Shown here piece by piece: positions 16,345 to 27,000 of a stretch of DNA of 30,037 nucleotides. Positions within the stretch are counted from its first letter, which is position 1. Each line of letters starts with the position of its first letter. The notes beneath the pieces were generated by a model. The model ran no database searches, had not been told where the DNA came from, and was given only the letters and a program-made list of their open reading frames with translations. The translations under genes were made by a program, and so were the position numbers. The stretch is taken from IMG/VR virus record IMGVR_UViG_3300021185_002316. One strand, 5' to 3'. The DNA comes from an uncultured virus (IMG/VR IMGVR_UViG_3300021185_002316) (lineage: Duplodnaviria; Heunggongvirae; Uroviricota; Caudoviricetes).

Positions 16345-17781
16345 ATGGCAGTAAACGGAAACAACATTCATGTAAGAAAATCTTACTACAATGATTCACA
16401 AATGACTGATATGAACAGTCTTGCGAATGCTATGTTGTCTAAGCCAACTGAATTGTCACCGATAATAACACACCTAGCTGGTAAAGAAGATAAGCGTTTT
16501 CCGCTTTCATTTTTAACCGAAGGTGTTGGTAATGTTAAATCTATTGATAGATTAGAATATGAGTATCGGATTAAGACTCACAGATTGACTACTAGACCTC
16601 TAGCAAAAGCACACACCGCACTAGGTGATGGTAACACATTTTATCTTGAATTCCACGATAAGTGGTTTATTAAAGATTACGTATTAGTAAACGCTTATGG
16701 CGAGCAAGTACGTATTATGGCGGAACCAGAAGCAGTCGGAGCAAATTACAGATATTTAGTACAAATGATTAACCCAGACGCTACAGCTAATATTACAGCT
16801 GGAGACGAAGGTGATCTTTGGGCTCAAATGTATGCACCAGTAGGAGTTGATTTCTCTCGTGGAAACGCATCTAACTGGGAAGTTCCTGGTAAAGTACGTA
16901 ACAAGATTGGTACTATTCGTAAATCATACCACATGTCTGGTAATGCTAAAGATTTTGTAGCTGAATTTACACTTCCTAAAAGAGGTGGCGGTTCTACAAA
17001 GCTTTGGATGGATTACGAAGAATACACTCACATGCTTAACTTCAAAGAAGAGTGTGAAATGTATTACTGGTACGGTCAAAAGACTTACGATTCTTCAGGA
17101 AAGTCTACTATGAAAGATGAAAATGGACAACCAGTTCTTGTTGGTCCAGGTCTTTTAGAGCAGGTTATTAATAAGGATACTTACTCTACTTTAACAGAGA
17201 GTAAAATTAAAAATATCATTGGTGACTTATTCTACGGAATGACAGACGCTAATGCTAAGCAAGTTACTTTGTACACAGGTACTGGTGGAGCTCGTGAATT
17301 TGACGAAGCTCTTAAAGGTCACATGGGTGCTGATAGTAACTCTTGGAAAGTTGGTGGTGAAAACCGCTTTATTACAGGTTCAGGTCGTAGCTTAGGTGTT
17401 ACTGGTTACTTTACTTCTTATGATCACGTAGATGGTCACTCAGTAAAAGTAGTTAAACTACCTATGTTTGATCATGGTCCTGTTGCTGATGCTCGTGCTA
17501 AGCACCCTGTTACAGGATACTCTCTTGAATCATACCGTATGGTATTTGTTGATCAGTCTAACTATGACGGTCAAGCAAACGTACAGATGATCTCTAAGAA
17601 AGGTCGTGAAATGATGAGATGGTGTGTTGCCGGTTCAGTTGTACCTCGTGGGTTTGATTCTGGTTCTGCTAGAGCTTCCGACGTGGATGGTGCTTCTGTG
17701 CACATGTTAAAGACTGCAGGTATCGTTCTTAAACGATTCGACACCTCTCTTGACATTGAATGTACAGCTGCATCACTATAA
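16345..17781 (+). CDS. major capsid protein (crAss-like, HK97 fold)
   Basis: ~478 aa; motifs FPLSFLTEG, GPGLLEQ, VTLYTGTGGAREFDEA, YDHVDGHSVKVVKLPMFD; strongly biased codons; followed by a terminator. ATG 16345 preferred. Confidence 0.93.
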   Translation: MAVNGNNIHVRKSYYNDSQMTDMNSLANAMLSKPTELSPIITHLAGKEDKRFPLSFLTEGVGNVKSIDRLEYEYRIKTHRLTTRPLAKAHTALGDGNTFYLEFHDKWFIKDYVLVNAYGEQVRIMAEPEAVGANYRYLVQMINPDATANITAGDEGDLWAQMYAPVGVDFSRGNASNWEVPGKVRNKIGTIRKSYHMSGNAKDFVAEFTLPKRGGGSTKLWMDYEEYTHMLNFKEECEMYYWYGQKTYDSSGKSTMKDENGQPVLVGPGLLEQVINKDTYSTLTESKIKNIIGDLFYGMTDANAKQVTLYTGTGGAREFDEALKGHMGADSNSWKVGGENRFITGSGRSLGVTGYFTSYDHVDGHSVKVVKLPMFDHGPVADARAKHPVTGYSLESYRMVFVDQSNYDGQANVQMISKKGREMMRWCVAGSVVPRGFDSGSARASDVDGASVHMLKTAGIVLKRFDTSLDIECTAASL

Positions 17782-17826
17782 GAAGGCGTTAATCGCGTGT
17801 CTATATATTGGTTTTTTGGTTGAGTT

Positions 17827-17852
17827 GTGGGGGAGAAATCCCCCACTTCTTT
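17827..17852 (+). terminator. terminator after capsid gene
   Basis: GTGGGGGA-GAAA-TCCCCCAC followed by TTCTTT. Confidence 0.75.
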
Positions 17853-17911
17853 AACTTTTAAATAGAGGGAATTATTCTTTATACCTCACCTAACTAAAAA
17901 AGAACTTAATT

Positions 17912-18715
17912 ATGAGCAAAAAAATTTTTATAAGACGTAAGGAGATTAACAATCACTTACCAAAAGAGGTACTAGCAGAAGCTGTATCTAAACTGAGTAG
18001 TGTCTATGTAAACAGACAACCTTTAAAAGGATTATCTGTAGAAGACGAAAAAAAATATCTTAACGGTATTTTAGATGTAGGCCCAGAACATGTTGATTGG
18101 CCAAAACACATTAAAAGATATTGGGCGGAAATGAGTATTCCTATAAGCTTTACAGGAGTTGAATTAGAAGTAGGAACCCATTCAGATGGATCTCCTATAA
18201 ATATAATAGATTGGATTAAATACCAATTTGCTTTAAAGCACCCATTTGTAGCTTTATCAAAAGAAGAAATGGTTGGTAGAAAAAAATTCTTTATTCTTGA
18301 TACGTCAAGAGCAGAGCAAGCTAAATTTAATTCTATTCAATTAAAGAAAGATGCAGACAAAGAGTTTATTAAATTGTCTTCAAACATTAAAGGAATGCGT
18401 AGAGTGTTACGATTAATATCGTCTCACAACCCAGATAGAATGACAGATGAGCAAGTTGAAACAGCTCTTTATACTGTCAAAGATAAAGAACCTAAAAAGT
18501 TTATAAAAACAACTACTGATAAAAACTTAGAAATAAAAGCAGAAATTGATGAAATGGTGTCTGCAGGAGTTTTAAGAAAAATTGGTAATCAGATTATTTT
18601 TATAGATGAAGTGTTAGGTGAAACAATGGATGATACTGTGATCTATTTGAAAAACAAAAAGAACTCAGGAAAGCTAACAACTTTGAGAGCAAAACTTAAA
18701 GAAGTAGCAATTTAA
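17912..18715 (+). CDS. conserved crAss-like protein downstream of the capsid gene
   Basis: 267 aa; syntenic position in the crAss-like head module. Confidence 0.8.
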   Translation: MSKKIFIRRKEINNHLPKEVLAEAVSKLSSVYVNRQPLKGLSVEDEKKYLNGILDVGPEHVDWPKHIKRYWAEMSIPISFTGVELEVGTHSDGSPINIIDWIKYQFALKHPFVALSKEEMVGRKKFFILDTSRAEQAKFNSIQLKKDADKEFIKLSSNIKGMRRVLRLISSHNPDRMTDEQVETALYTVKDKEPKKFIKTTTDKNLEIKAEIDEMVSAGVLRKIGNQIIFIDEVLGETMDDTVIYLKNKKNSGKLTTLRAKLKEVAI

Positions 18716-18735
18716 TGTAATGGAATAATATACTA

Positions 18736-19479
18736 ATGAATATTACGGAAATGCATTTGGCGGTTCAGCAAGGAGTGGATAAGATTAATTCATTCCAAGC
18801 TGACACGCTTTTACCTCAAGAAATTGATTTAGAGCTTAACAAAGCAATAAATAAATTTGTAAATCTAAAGTACGGTAAAAATAATCTTTACGGTAAAGGC
18901 TTTGAAGAGTCTCAAAAACGTATAGATGATTTACGGACTTTATTAAAAACAAAACGTATAAATGCATCTTTTGATGCTAAAAGTATTCACTCTACTTTTG
19001 TATATGTTACAGATAAGCTACCTGAAGATTACAGGTATTATATACAATCTTTTGGAGATGTTGAATATAGAAGAGATGGATCCCCTTTAACTAGTGAAGA
19101 ACAAAATCTTCAAGATTCTGTTAAAAACGGTATACGCGAATTAGCTCAATTGAAGTTTGCGCAGCTTGACGATATAACTACTTTATTAGCTGATCCATTT
19201 CATACTACAAAACGTACACGCCCTTTATTCACAATAGAAGATGATGTGATGAAAATCTTCACTAATGATATATTTATAATAGAGGAGCTAAAATTAACTT
19301 ACTTAAAAAACCCTGCTAAAGTTTCATTATCTTTGGATGATGTTACAAATTCTGTAAGTTGTGAGCTCGCAGAGCATACACATCAGGAAATAGTTGACAT
19401 GACAATTAATAGCATCTTGGAAGGTATTTCGGATCCAAGATACAAAACTCAATCTATTGAGTTAGGTAAAAACGAATAA
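18736..19479 (+). CDS. head-tail ring / tail tubular protein
   Basis: EIDLELNKA, GFEESQKRIDDLRTL, LTYLKNP and CELAEHTHQEIVDM motifs resemble crAss-like ring proteins. Confidence 0.75.
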   Translation: MNITEMHLAVQQGVDKINSFQADTLLPQEIDLELNKAINKFVNLKYGKNNLYGKGFEESQKRIDDLRTLLKTKRINASFDAKSIHSTFVYVTDKLPEDYRYYIQSFGDVEYRRDGSPLTSEEQNLQDSVKNGIRELAQLKFAQLDDITTLLADPFHTTKRTRPLFTIEDDVMKIFTNDIFIIEELKLTYLKNPAKVSLSLDDVTNSVSCELAEHTHQEIVDMTINSILEGISDPRYKTQSIELGKNE

Positions 19480-19516
19480 TATTAAAATAAATTATAAATA
19501 TTAAATTTGTTAAATT

Positions 19517-20452
19517 ATGAAACAAATTATTGTAAGTAACATTGGGGCAACAGCAAAAAATGGAGCAGGTGCCCCTCAATTACAAGTTTTAGGCGCTGAT
19601 GGCGCTTGGGCTTTATGGGCGGCAGCCTCAACAGATGTAAATGCAAAATTTAGAATTTTTAAAGCGGCTGATGGGGATTTACCTTCAGTAGCTAGTCCTG
19701 CTTTTACAAAAGCTGATTTAAAAAGCTGTATAGTAAAAGTACACGCACCTTCAAGTGCACAAATTAACACTGTAACTTTTACAGAAGATTCTGGTGCTGG
19801 TGTAGCAGATGGATTAGATTTAACTTTTAGAATCATTGAAACTTCGGATGGTTATGAACCATTCCCACGAGTTCACTCAACTGTTAAATGTGGAGCTGAT
19901 GCTTCCGCAACTGCAGCTTTACTTAGAGCAGACTTAGCGGCTAAGATAGCTAAATCTGGAAGTGTAGCTTCTAAGATTTTTACAGTTAGTGGTAGTGGAG
20001 CTGAAGTTATCCTTACAGGTGTAGATGTTAATAAAAGATTTGAAGTAGCTTTAGAATCTCCGGAAGCATCTGGAGTTATTTGTTATAGTGCGGCAAATGT
20101 AAAATCTGCTGCTGCTGCTGGTGTTGGAGTTGGCGCTGAACTTAGAGAAGAGGAAATATTACAGCAAGGTCGTGAATACTCTGGGTATGACCGATTAGTT
20201 GTATTTGATTCTTTCCCAAATCAAATTGCTGCAGTATCAGGTCAAACATATAACTTAGTTTCTTTTGTTGTTCAAAACTCTGCTTTAAATCAAATTAGAG
20301 GAGTTGATAACATGCGTGAAATTCTAGTATATCTTGAAGAAGATGCAACTGGCGATGTTTACGATCTTAAATCTGCTACAGATAATGCTGGATTTGGTCG
20401 AGCACTCTTGGGTGAAGGCTTTGTAGGAGCTGCTATCAATATTGACGCATAA
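19517..20452 (+). CDS. virion structural protein (possible auxiliary capsid protein)
   Basis: 311 aa, A/G/S/V-rich beta-type composition, own terminator, syntenic with crAss-like structural genes. Confidence 0.65.
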   Translation: MKQIIVSNIGATAKNGAGAPQLQVLGADGAWALWAAASTDVNAKFRIFKAADGDLPSVASPAFTKADLKSCIVKVHAPSSAQINTVTFTEDSGAGVADGLDLTFRIIETSDGYEPFPRVHSTVKCGADASATAALLRADLAAKIAKSGSVASKIFTVSGSGAEVILTGVDVNKRFEVALESPEASGVICYSAANVKSAAAAGVGVGAELREEEILQQGREYSGYDRLVVFDSFPNQIAAVSGQTYNLVSFVVQNSALNQIRGVDNMREILVYLEEDATGDVYDLKSATDNAGFGRALLGEGFVGAAINIDA

Positions 20453-20466
20453 TAATCATTAATATT

Positions 20467-20501
20467 AATTATAAGGGGACAGGTTCCCCTTATAATTTTT
20501 T
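20467..20501 (+). terminator. intrinsic terminator
   Basis: AATTATAAGGGGA-CAGGT-TCCCCTTATAATT followed by TTTT. Confidence 0.8.
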
Positions 20502-20519
20502 AACTTTAAATTCAAATTC

Positions 20520-21014
20520 ATGGCTGTTTTATTAAAAACTTCATTTACCGGGGATTGTCAAACTTTGTTTGTTAATTTAGAAGGTAGAGAATTAGCGACT
20601 ACATACACAGTGTTTTTAAAGCACGTAGGGGCTGATGGAGTAGCTTCAGAAGGTACTATACCTCCTGCCATGAATTCGTTTGCATTTACAAATATTTCTG
20701 CTGGAGGTTTATATCAGATAGAGGTAAAAGATCCGAATAATACGGTTCAAGCTATGAATTTTATCGTATCCGCATGTGGAGTTGATAAATGTTTAGTCTT
20801 ATTAACAGATAAGTTATTAAGTTGCGGGTGTACAAGTCCCGCGTGCTCTGCTATTCTTAACAAAGCACAAAAAATAATGTTACTAATAAAATCAGCGGAG
20901 TCCACAGCCTCTAGAATACTGCGACAGGAAGATTTAGTATTAGTGCAAGATGCACAATCACAATATCGAAAAGCTGTTCAAATGTGTGATGGTGACTGCG
21001 ACTGCGGATGCTAA
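20520..21014 (+). CDS. Cys-rich structural protein, 164 aa (possible tail hub / fibre anchor)
   Basis: Ig-like N-terminal half (GGLYQIEVKD) and helical C-terminal half ending CDGDCDCGC. Confidence 0.65.
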   Translation: MAVLLKTSFTGDCQTLFVNLEGRELATTYTVFLKHVGADGVASEGTIPPAMNSFAFTNISAGGLYQIEVKDPNNTVQAMNFIVSACGVDKCLVLLTDKLLSCGCTSPACSAILNKAQKIMLLIKSAESTASRILRQEDLVLVQDAQSQYRKAVQMCDGDCDCGC

Positions 21015-21025
21015 TGTATATATAA

Positions 21026-24000
21026 ATGGCTGCAGAACAACAAATTCTAGGTAATCAATTTAATTTAAAAAGTAATACAATAGAACTACAAAATGGGTCT
21101 AAACCATTAGAAGTAGGGAAAGCGTATGCTTTAATTTTACCTTTTAAAACCGATACCGGAGAGCTTTACAGACAAAAGGATTTTATAATTCCTAATACTG
21201 AAAAAGGGGATGCGTCTCGAGTTCTTAAATTTGTTGACTTTGTACCTTTTATTAAATACTGTACGTTTGCAGTTAAATCTATTAGAAGCGTAAAAGGTAA
21301 TAATCAATACATTGGAAGCCTTTATTTACGTCAAGCAGATTATGCAACTCAAAGAGAAATATTAAGATACACAGAGGCTTTAAAGCATTGGACTAGAGGA
21401 ATAGTCGATGTAATTGATAGAGATGGTAACGACATTGAACAACTACCTATTCTTACAACATTAGGTGAATTAACTAAAATTAAATCTACTGATAAAGATT
21501 CTTGTATTAATAGTTTTGATAATGGGTTTACCACTACGGACGGATTTACAGGAAGTTGTATTAGTTTTAATGACCCCCGCATAGTAAGAAAATGTACAGA
21601 TCCAGCAGCTTTAAATTATAATACTGTAAAGCTTATAAAAGGTGAGACTGATTATTGCGCGTATGAACCGGGATCTAAAGATTTTGATGACTCTACTACT
21701 GTCAATATTATTAACGGTATGTACCATTTGTTGTTAGCTAATACAGGTGTTTATGGGCAATATGAGTTTTGGGTAATGCATGGAAGTATGTCAAGTCCTA
21801 TCACAGATTTATCTTGGGATACAAACTTAAGCGGATCTTTCACTGAAACTCATTCAGGGATAAATGGCCCTACAGTAACGTATGGCCCTGGAACGCACAC
21901 TATTTCTGTTATAGTATCTCTAGGTGACAGCCCTTCTGGGTGGGGTTCCAGTAACAATGAAGTTCAGCTAACTATAGATCTTGTTGTTGAAGCTAATGTA
22001 GCGGGATGTACAGACTTTAATGCGTTTAATTATAATCCGAATGCTACTTCTGATGACGGGTCTTGCGAGGCTGTCCTTCAAGGGTGTATGGATAATGGAT
22101 CTTATTCTACTACTACAACGTTAGTAAATAACCAAGGAAATAGTAACACTTCTTTTACTATTACTTCTCCTGTTCCAGGAACGGCAGCAACTAATTACAA
22201 TTCTAACGTTAATGTTCATGATTACAGGTCGTGTGAGTACACCGGTTGTACTGACCCTGAAGCAGATAACACTTTAGTAGGCAATCCTTTAATAGTACAT
22301 TTAACTCCGTGCACAAATAATTGCTGTGAATACACTGAAGATGTAAACGGATGTACAGATCCTGGAGTTTTAGATGCAGCTACATACAACCCAAGTTCAG
22401 TATATTCAACGTATGTAACTCCCGAAGCAAATATTGCAGATGTAAATCCAGGGTATAGTAATTTTAATTACAACCCTTATGCTACTGTAAATGATGGCAC
22501 TTGTTTTATAAAAAAGCCGGGATGTATGGATCCTGAAGCATCAAATTATAGTACGCCAATCGGTAACCCTCAATTTGATGTAAATTGGCACTTACAAAGT
22601 CTTTGTCAATATGAATATTGTTCTGATGTAAACGCAAATAATGATGTACAAAGTGCAGATCATGATGTTTATACAATGTCGTGGACTCAAGGTAATTTTT
22701 GGGATGAATCTTTAGCTACTGCAAACGGGTTGACAATAACTCCGGCACATGTTAATTATTTAAACAACAACTCGTTGTGTAATTTTGATGTAGATGTTTT
22801 AGATATATGTAATATAAATTCTGAATTTGACGACTACGGTGATAATATTGATGCTGGTGTAATAGGGTATGCTAATACTGCTACTGCTGGAGAATTAGAT
22901 ACAACTACTAGTGGAGATGCATGTTTAAGTCAATTAACTGAAACTGCAAGTACAACTGTTAATGGTTTTACTTACAATACTCCAACTGCGGAAAAAGTTA
23001 CGTTACAAGTTATTGATCAAGATAATCCTGTTTTATTTTTAACAGATCCTGAAAAATATGGAACGCTTGTGTACAGTTACACTGGTAGTACAGGTGGAGG
23101 AGCAAATATTACTTTACCTAATATTGACGAGTCATCTGCTACTACGTTAGCTGGGCAATTATCAGCTGCTGGATATAATAGCGATTTAGTTCCTTCAGTA
23201 TATTTTTATTTTAGAATTGTAGATACTGCTGAAAATTCTAATACAGGGCTTACATTAAACCCTGCAATCGATCAACCTGTAAAGCATCAATTTAATAATG
23301 CAGAGATAGTAGAAGTAAGATATTCTGATGGAGCTTATTACTACTTACCTTCAACAGCTCCTGGAACTGTGTCAACATTCCAAGCAGGATCTGCTAACAC
23401 TACAATACCTGCAGGTTACGCTCCTGGAACTATTAATGGTTTAGTTTTAAGTAGTACGGATACTAATGCCGGTGGAGGAGTAGATTGTGAGCATGCTACA
23501 GTAGATGAAGGTCTTGCTGCAGGTCAGTACATGTATACAGTGTACAGAATTAAAATGACCAATCCTTGTAGCTTAAATGCTATAAACTTTTTAATTGGGT
23601 ATGATGCTGCAACAGTATATCCTAATTTAGAAATTCTTGCTGACCCAGCATTTAACGGTCAAACTCTTGGGTGTACTAATCCGATAGCAGATAATTATGA
23701 TGAGGCTGCGGCTTATAGTGTTTCAGTCCCAATGAATAATTGGCCTAATTACCTTGCTAATGGAGGGTGTTACATAACAGGATGTATCGATGAGTACTAC
23801 AGCGGTAATTTAGATAATAATATTGTTGTTAGTGCAAATACACTTTTAGGTACTAATATACCAGTGCAAGTTGGACAATATTTAGAAGCATATGATGGCG
23901 TTATTTATAAAATTTATAATAGTCAAGCTTACATATGCCGGATAGAGGATTACTCAGTACCTAACAATGATGGACTATTTAACTTTGAGGTTGCATTTAG

Positions 24001-27000
24001 TTTAACTTATCAAGCAGGCTCTTTTGATCTAATACCTAACGAATGGACAGTACCTTCAGCTGAAGACTTAATATCAATGTCTACAAACATTGCTTCAAGC
24101 GGATCTGGGTTTTTAGGGGAGTTTAATTTTACTTCTGGTGAGTACTGGAGTAGCAGTCTTTCAATAGCAGATCCTAATCAATACGGACAAACTTATAACA
24201 TAGTAACTAATCCTGCTACTACAGTAGATAGATTATTTAGTTCAAAGTACCGAATTAGATTACATAAAATAATACCATTAGCTGATATAATAAATGGCGA
24301 TGTAGATATTACTGATTGTGGGGAAAATGCAGAAGTTATAGGCTGTACAGACGCAGCTGCAACGAATTATAATCCAGAAGCGACAACAAATATTAATCCT
24401 ATTGCAGGAGATACAGATCACGTGTGTCAATATGAATTCACAACAAGTACTTTTGAGGACGAATTATTGCCTATTATTCTCAATACTGAAGGAAATACTT
24501 TTGAGACACTAGCTGAATATGAAGAAAACGTAGAATCATATTTTAATACTGTAGGATTTACTAATGACCCTTTATTAGCTTTTTATGGAGATGATATAAG
24601 TGGGTATACCCCTTCTGATCCAAATGTAGGTGTAGTTAGTTCTGCTTCTCCTTGTATTTCAGAACTAAGTTCTGGACTTTCAAATATTGAATATACAAGC
24701 GGTAGTTATAATTTTAATTATACACGGTTTGAGGATCGAGCAGCTAGTTTTAAAATTCAAGTAATTGGCCAGCAGTTACTAAACTCTGCAGAAAGAAACT
24801 ACAAAGTATATTTAAATAATCCAACAAAGGATAGTATTTTCTTATCTACTATTGAGGCTGGAGCTCACTTATCGGCTACGCCTTCAACATATTTATTAGC
24901 AAATGAAACTACTGCTATTACTAATATATACCCACCTTCTTTGGCAGAAGCATTAGCACAAGAATTTCAAAATCAGGGGTACCAAGGTAACGTAAGTTTA
25001 AATAACCTTGTAACTTATAGATTTAGGTTTGATAAAAATATAGCATTAAAAGATGGTGTAACTCATACCGATATAATAAATTATATATCTAATAATGCTT
25101 TTTTAACTAGCGCTAACGCTGTAATTAAAGATGTTAGAGGGGGTTTTTTATGGCCAGCATTTGATTTCAATGGATTACATTCCGATATGGCAAATTATCC
25201 TTCCGAATCTGTCTTAGCTGGAGAAGATAAACGTTTTCATTTTGGGTTTACTCCAAATTCTAAATTTGAAGAGTACGGACATTATGTAACAAATGGAGTA
25301 AATTTAATAACATCAAATTCTAATTTTGCTTCTAATTTAAACGATTGGACAGTTATTCCTGGCTCTACTAATAGTACGTTAGCTTGGAATTCTTCTTATA
25401 ATGGGTCAGCACAGAGAAGCCTTAGTACTGATGCAATAGGAAATAGAACTGGATTAAAAAGAAGTATCGCAGTAGTTAGTGGGAACAAATATAAAATTAC
25501 ATATTCGCGTGCAGTACTTGATATAACACCTGGTCAAATGCAGGCTACTAAAACTTATGTTGAAGTTCAGACTGCAGGTAATAATATTGGAGAGTTTACA
25601 GAGATAGCTGTACAGAATGCAACTAGCTCTGATCTTGTAACCACATCTGGTACGTTTACTTATACTGGACTTGATTCTACAGTAGATTTATATTTTTACT
25701 TTGACCCTCAAGTAGTAGGATTTTTAAGTTCTTTTGAAGTTGAAAAAGTAATTTCATATCCTGATGGGTATGTTTATTCTGAAGCTCCGTGTGATGATAC
25801 TAAAATTCCTTCTGCATTTGTATATAATGTTAATATGGATGTATCCGATGGATTAGGAGAGTTAGATTTCAGTCCGTATGTTGAATATGTAGAGCCAGAA
25901 AATACTGGATGTATGGATGCTACGGCATTAAATTATGATGAAAATGCTACATTTACAAATGGTAATTTAGCAGATTGTTTATATTATTTAGATAATTGTG
26001 CAGGTACTGGAGTAGATATAGAGGTAGATGTTGAGTCAGCAGATGAAGGATGTGGGAGAGAAATTACAGTTAAAGTTAAAGCTTGTGATAATGTTGTGAG
26101 TAATGCTACTATTAGTATTATTGTGCTACAAAAAATAACAGACAACACAGGAGTATCGCCGACAACTTCATTTGAACCTATATTCACTATTGGGGATATA
26201 GAGCCTTGTATTGACGGTGTATCAAACACTGATGGTGTTGCAATATTAGCAGGGTTTACTTATGACCCAACTACTGCTGAGCTTTTTTCTGGAGCAATCG
26301 CAGAAAGTAATGTTACTTATATTACTGGACAAACTGCAGGGGAAAATCCAATAAACATATATCATTCTGAGTTTCAAATACAATACAGTGAATTTTATTT
26401 AGATCCAGAGAGTGGGGAAACTGAAGAATATTTATTTGATTACAATCCTGCTACAGACTTCCAAAGTGTAAACTTTACAATTGATCCAATTATAAATGGG
26501 TGTACAAATGCTGATGCATTTAATTACAATTCTAACGCTACATGCAATGATGGATCTTGTGTGGATATAGTAGAAGGATGTACTGATGTAGCAGCGTTTA
26601 ATTACAATCCATTAGCAAATACAGACAAAGGATGTATACCAGTTATTGAAGGATGTACAGATATTGAAGCATACAACGCTAATTATACTACAGACGAAGT
26701 TGAATCTACAAGTCCTGCGGGGGCTAATTATCTTTATGGTAATATACAGAATTTACCAGCTGTTCCAAGTGTAGGAGATGCATCTATAAACACTCCAACC
26801 AACGAAGACCTTTGTTTTTATTGTCCTCAATTACAGGTTTCAGATCAAGGTGAGCACATTGCACAAGAGATTACTACTTTAAATATTTCTCCAGATTTAG
26901 TCACTACAAAGCAAATTACATTTACATGGAATTCTATCATTAATGTAGATAACCAAGATGTTACATTAGCAGATAGCAATGGTGACCCTGTTGAAGTGCA

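Noticed and set aside
8375..17781. Introns or inteins in terminase, portal or capsid genes
   Set aside because: Continuous frames of expected size with no intein or homing-endonuclease motifs seen.
8169..26229. ORFs 8169..8381, 8736..8936, 12285..12479, 14595..14867, 14868..15125, 14929..15129, 17571..17846, 19576..19836, 21349..21582 and 25984..26229
   Set aside because: Nested in or antisense to long confident genes. The poly-Cys in 12285..12479 is just the reverse of the portal's CAA/CAG Gln run.
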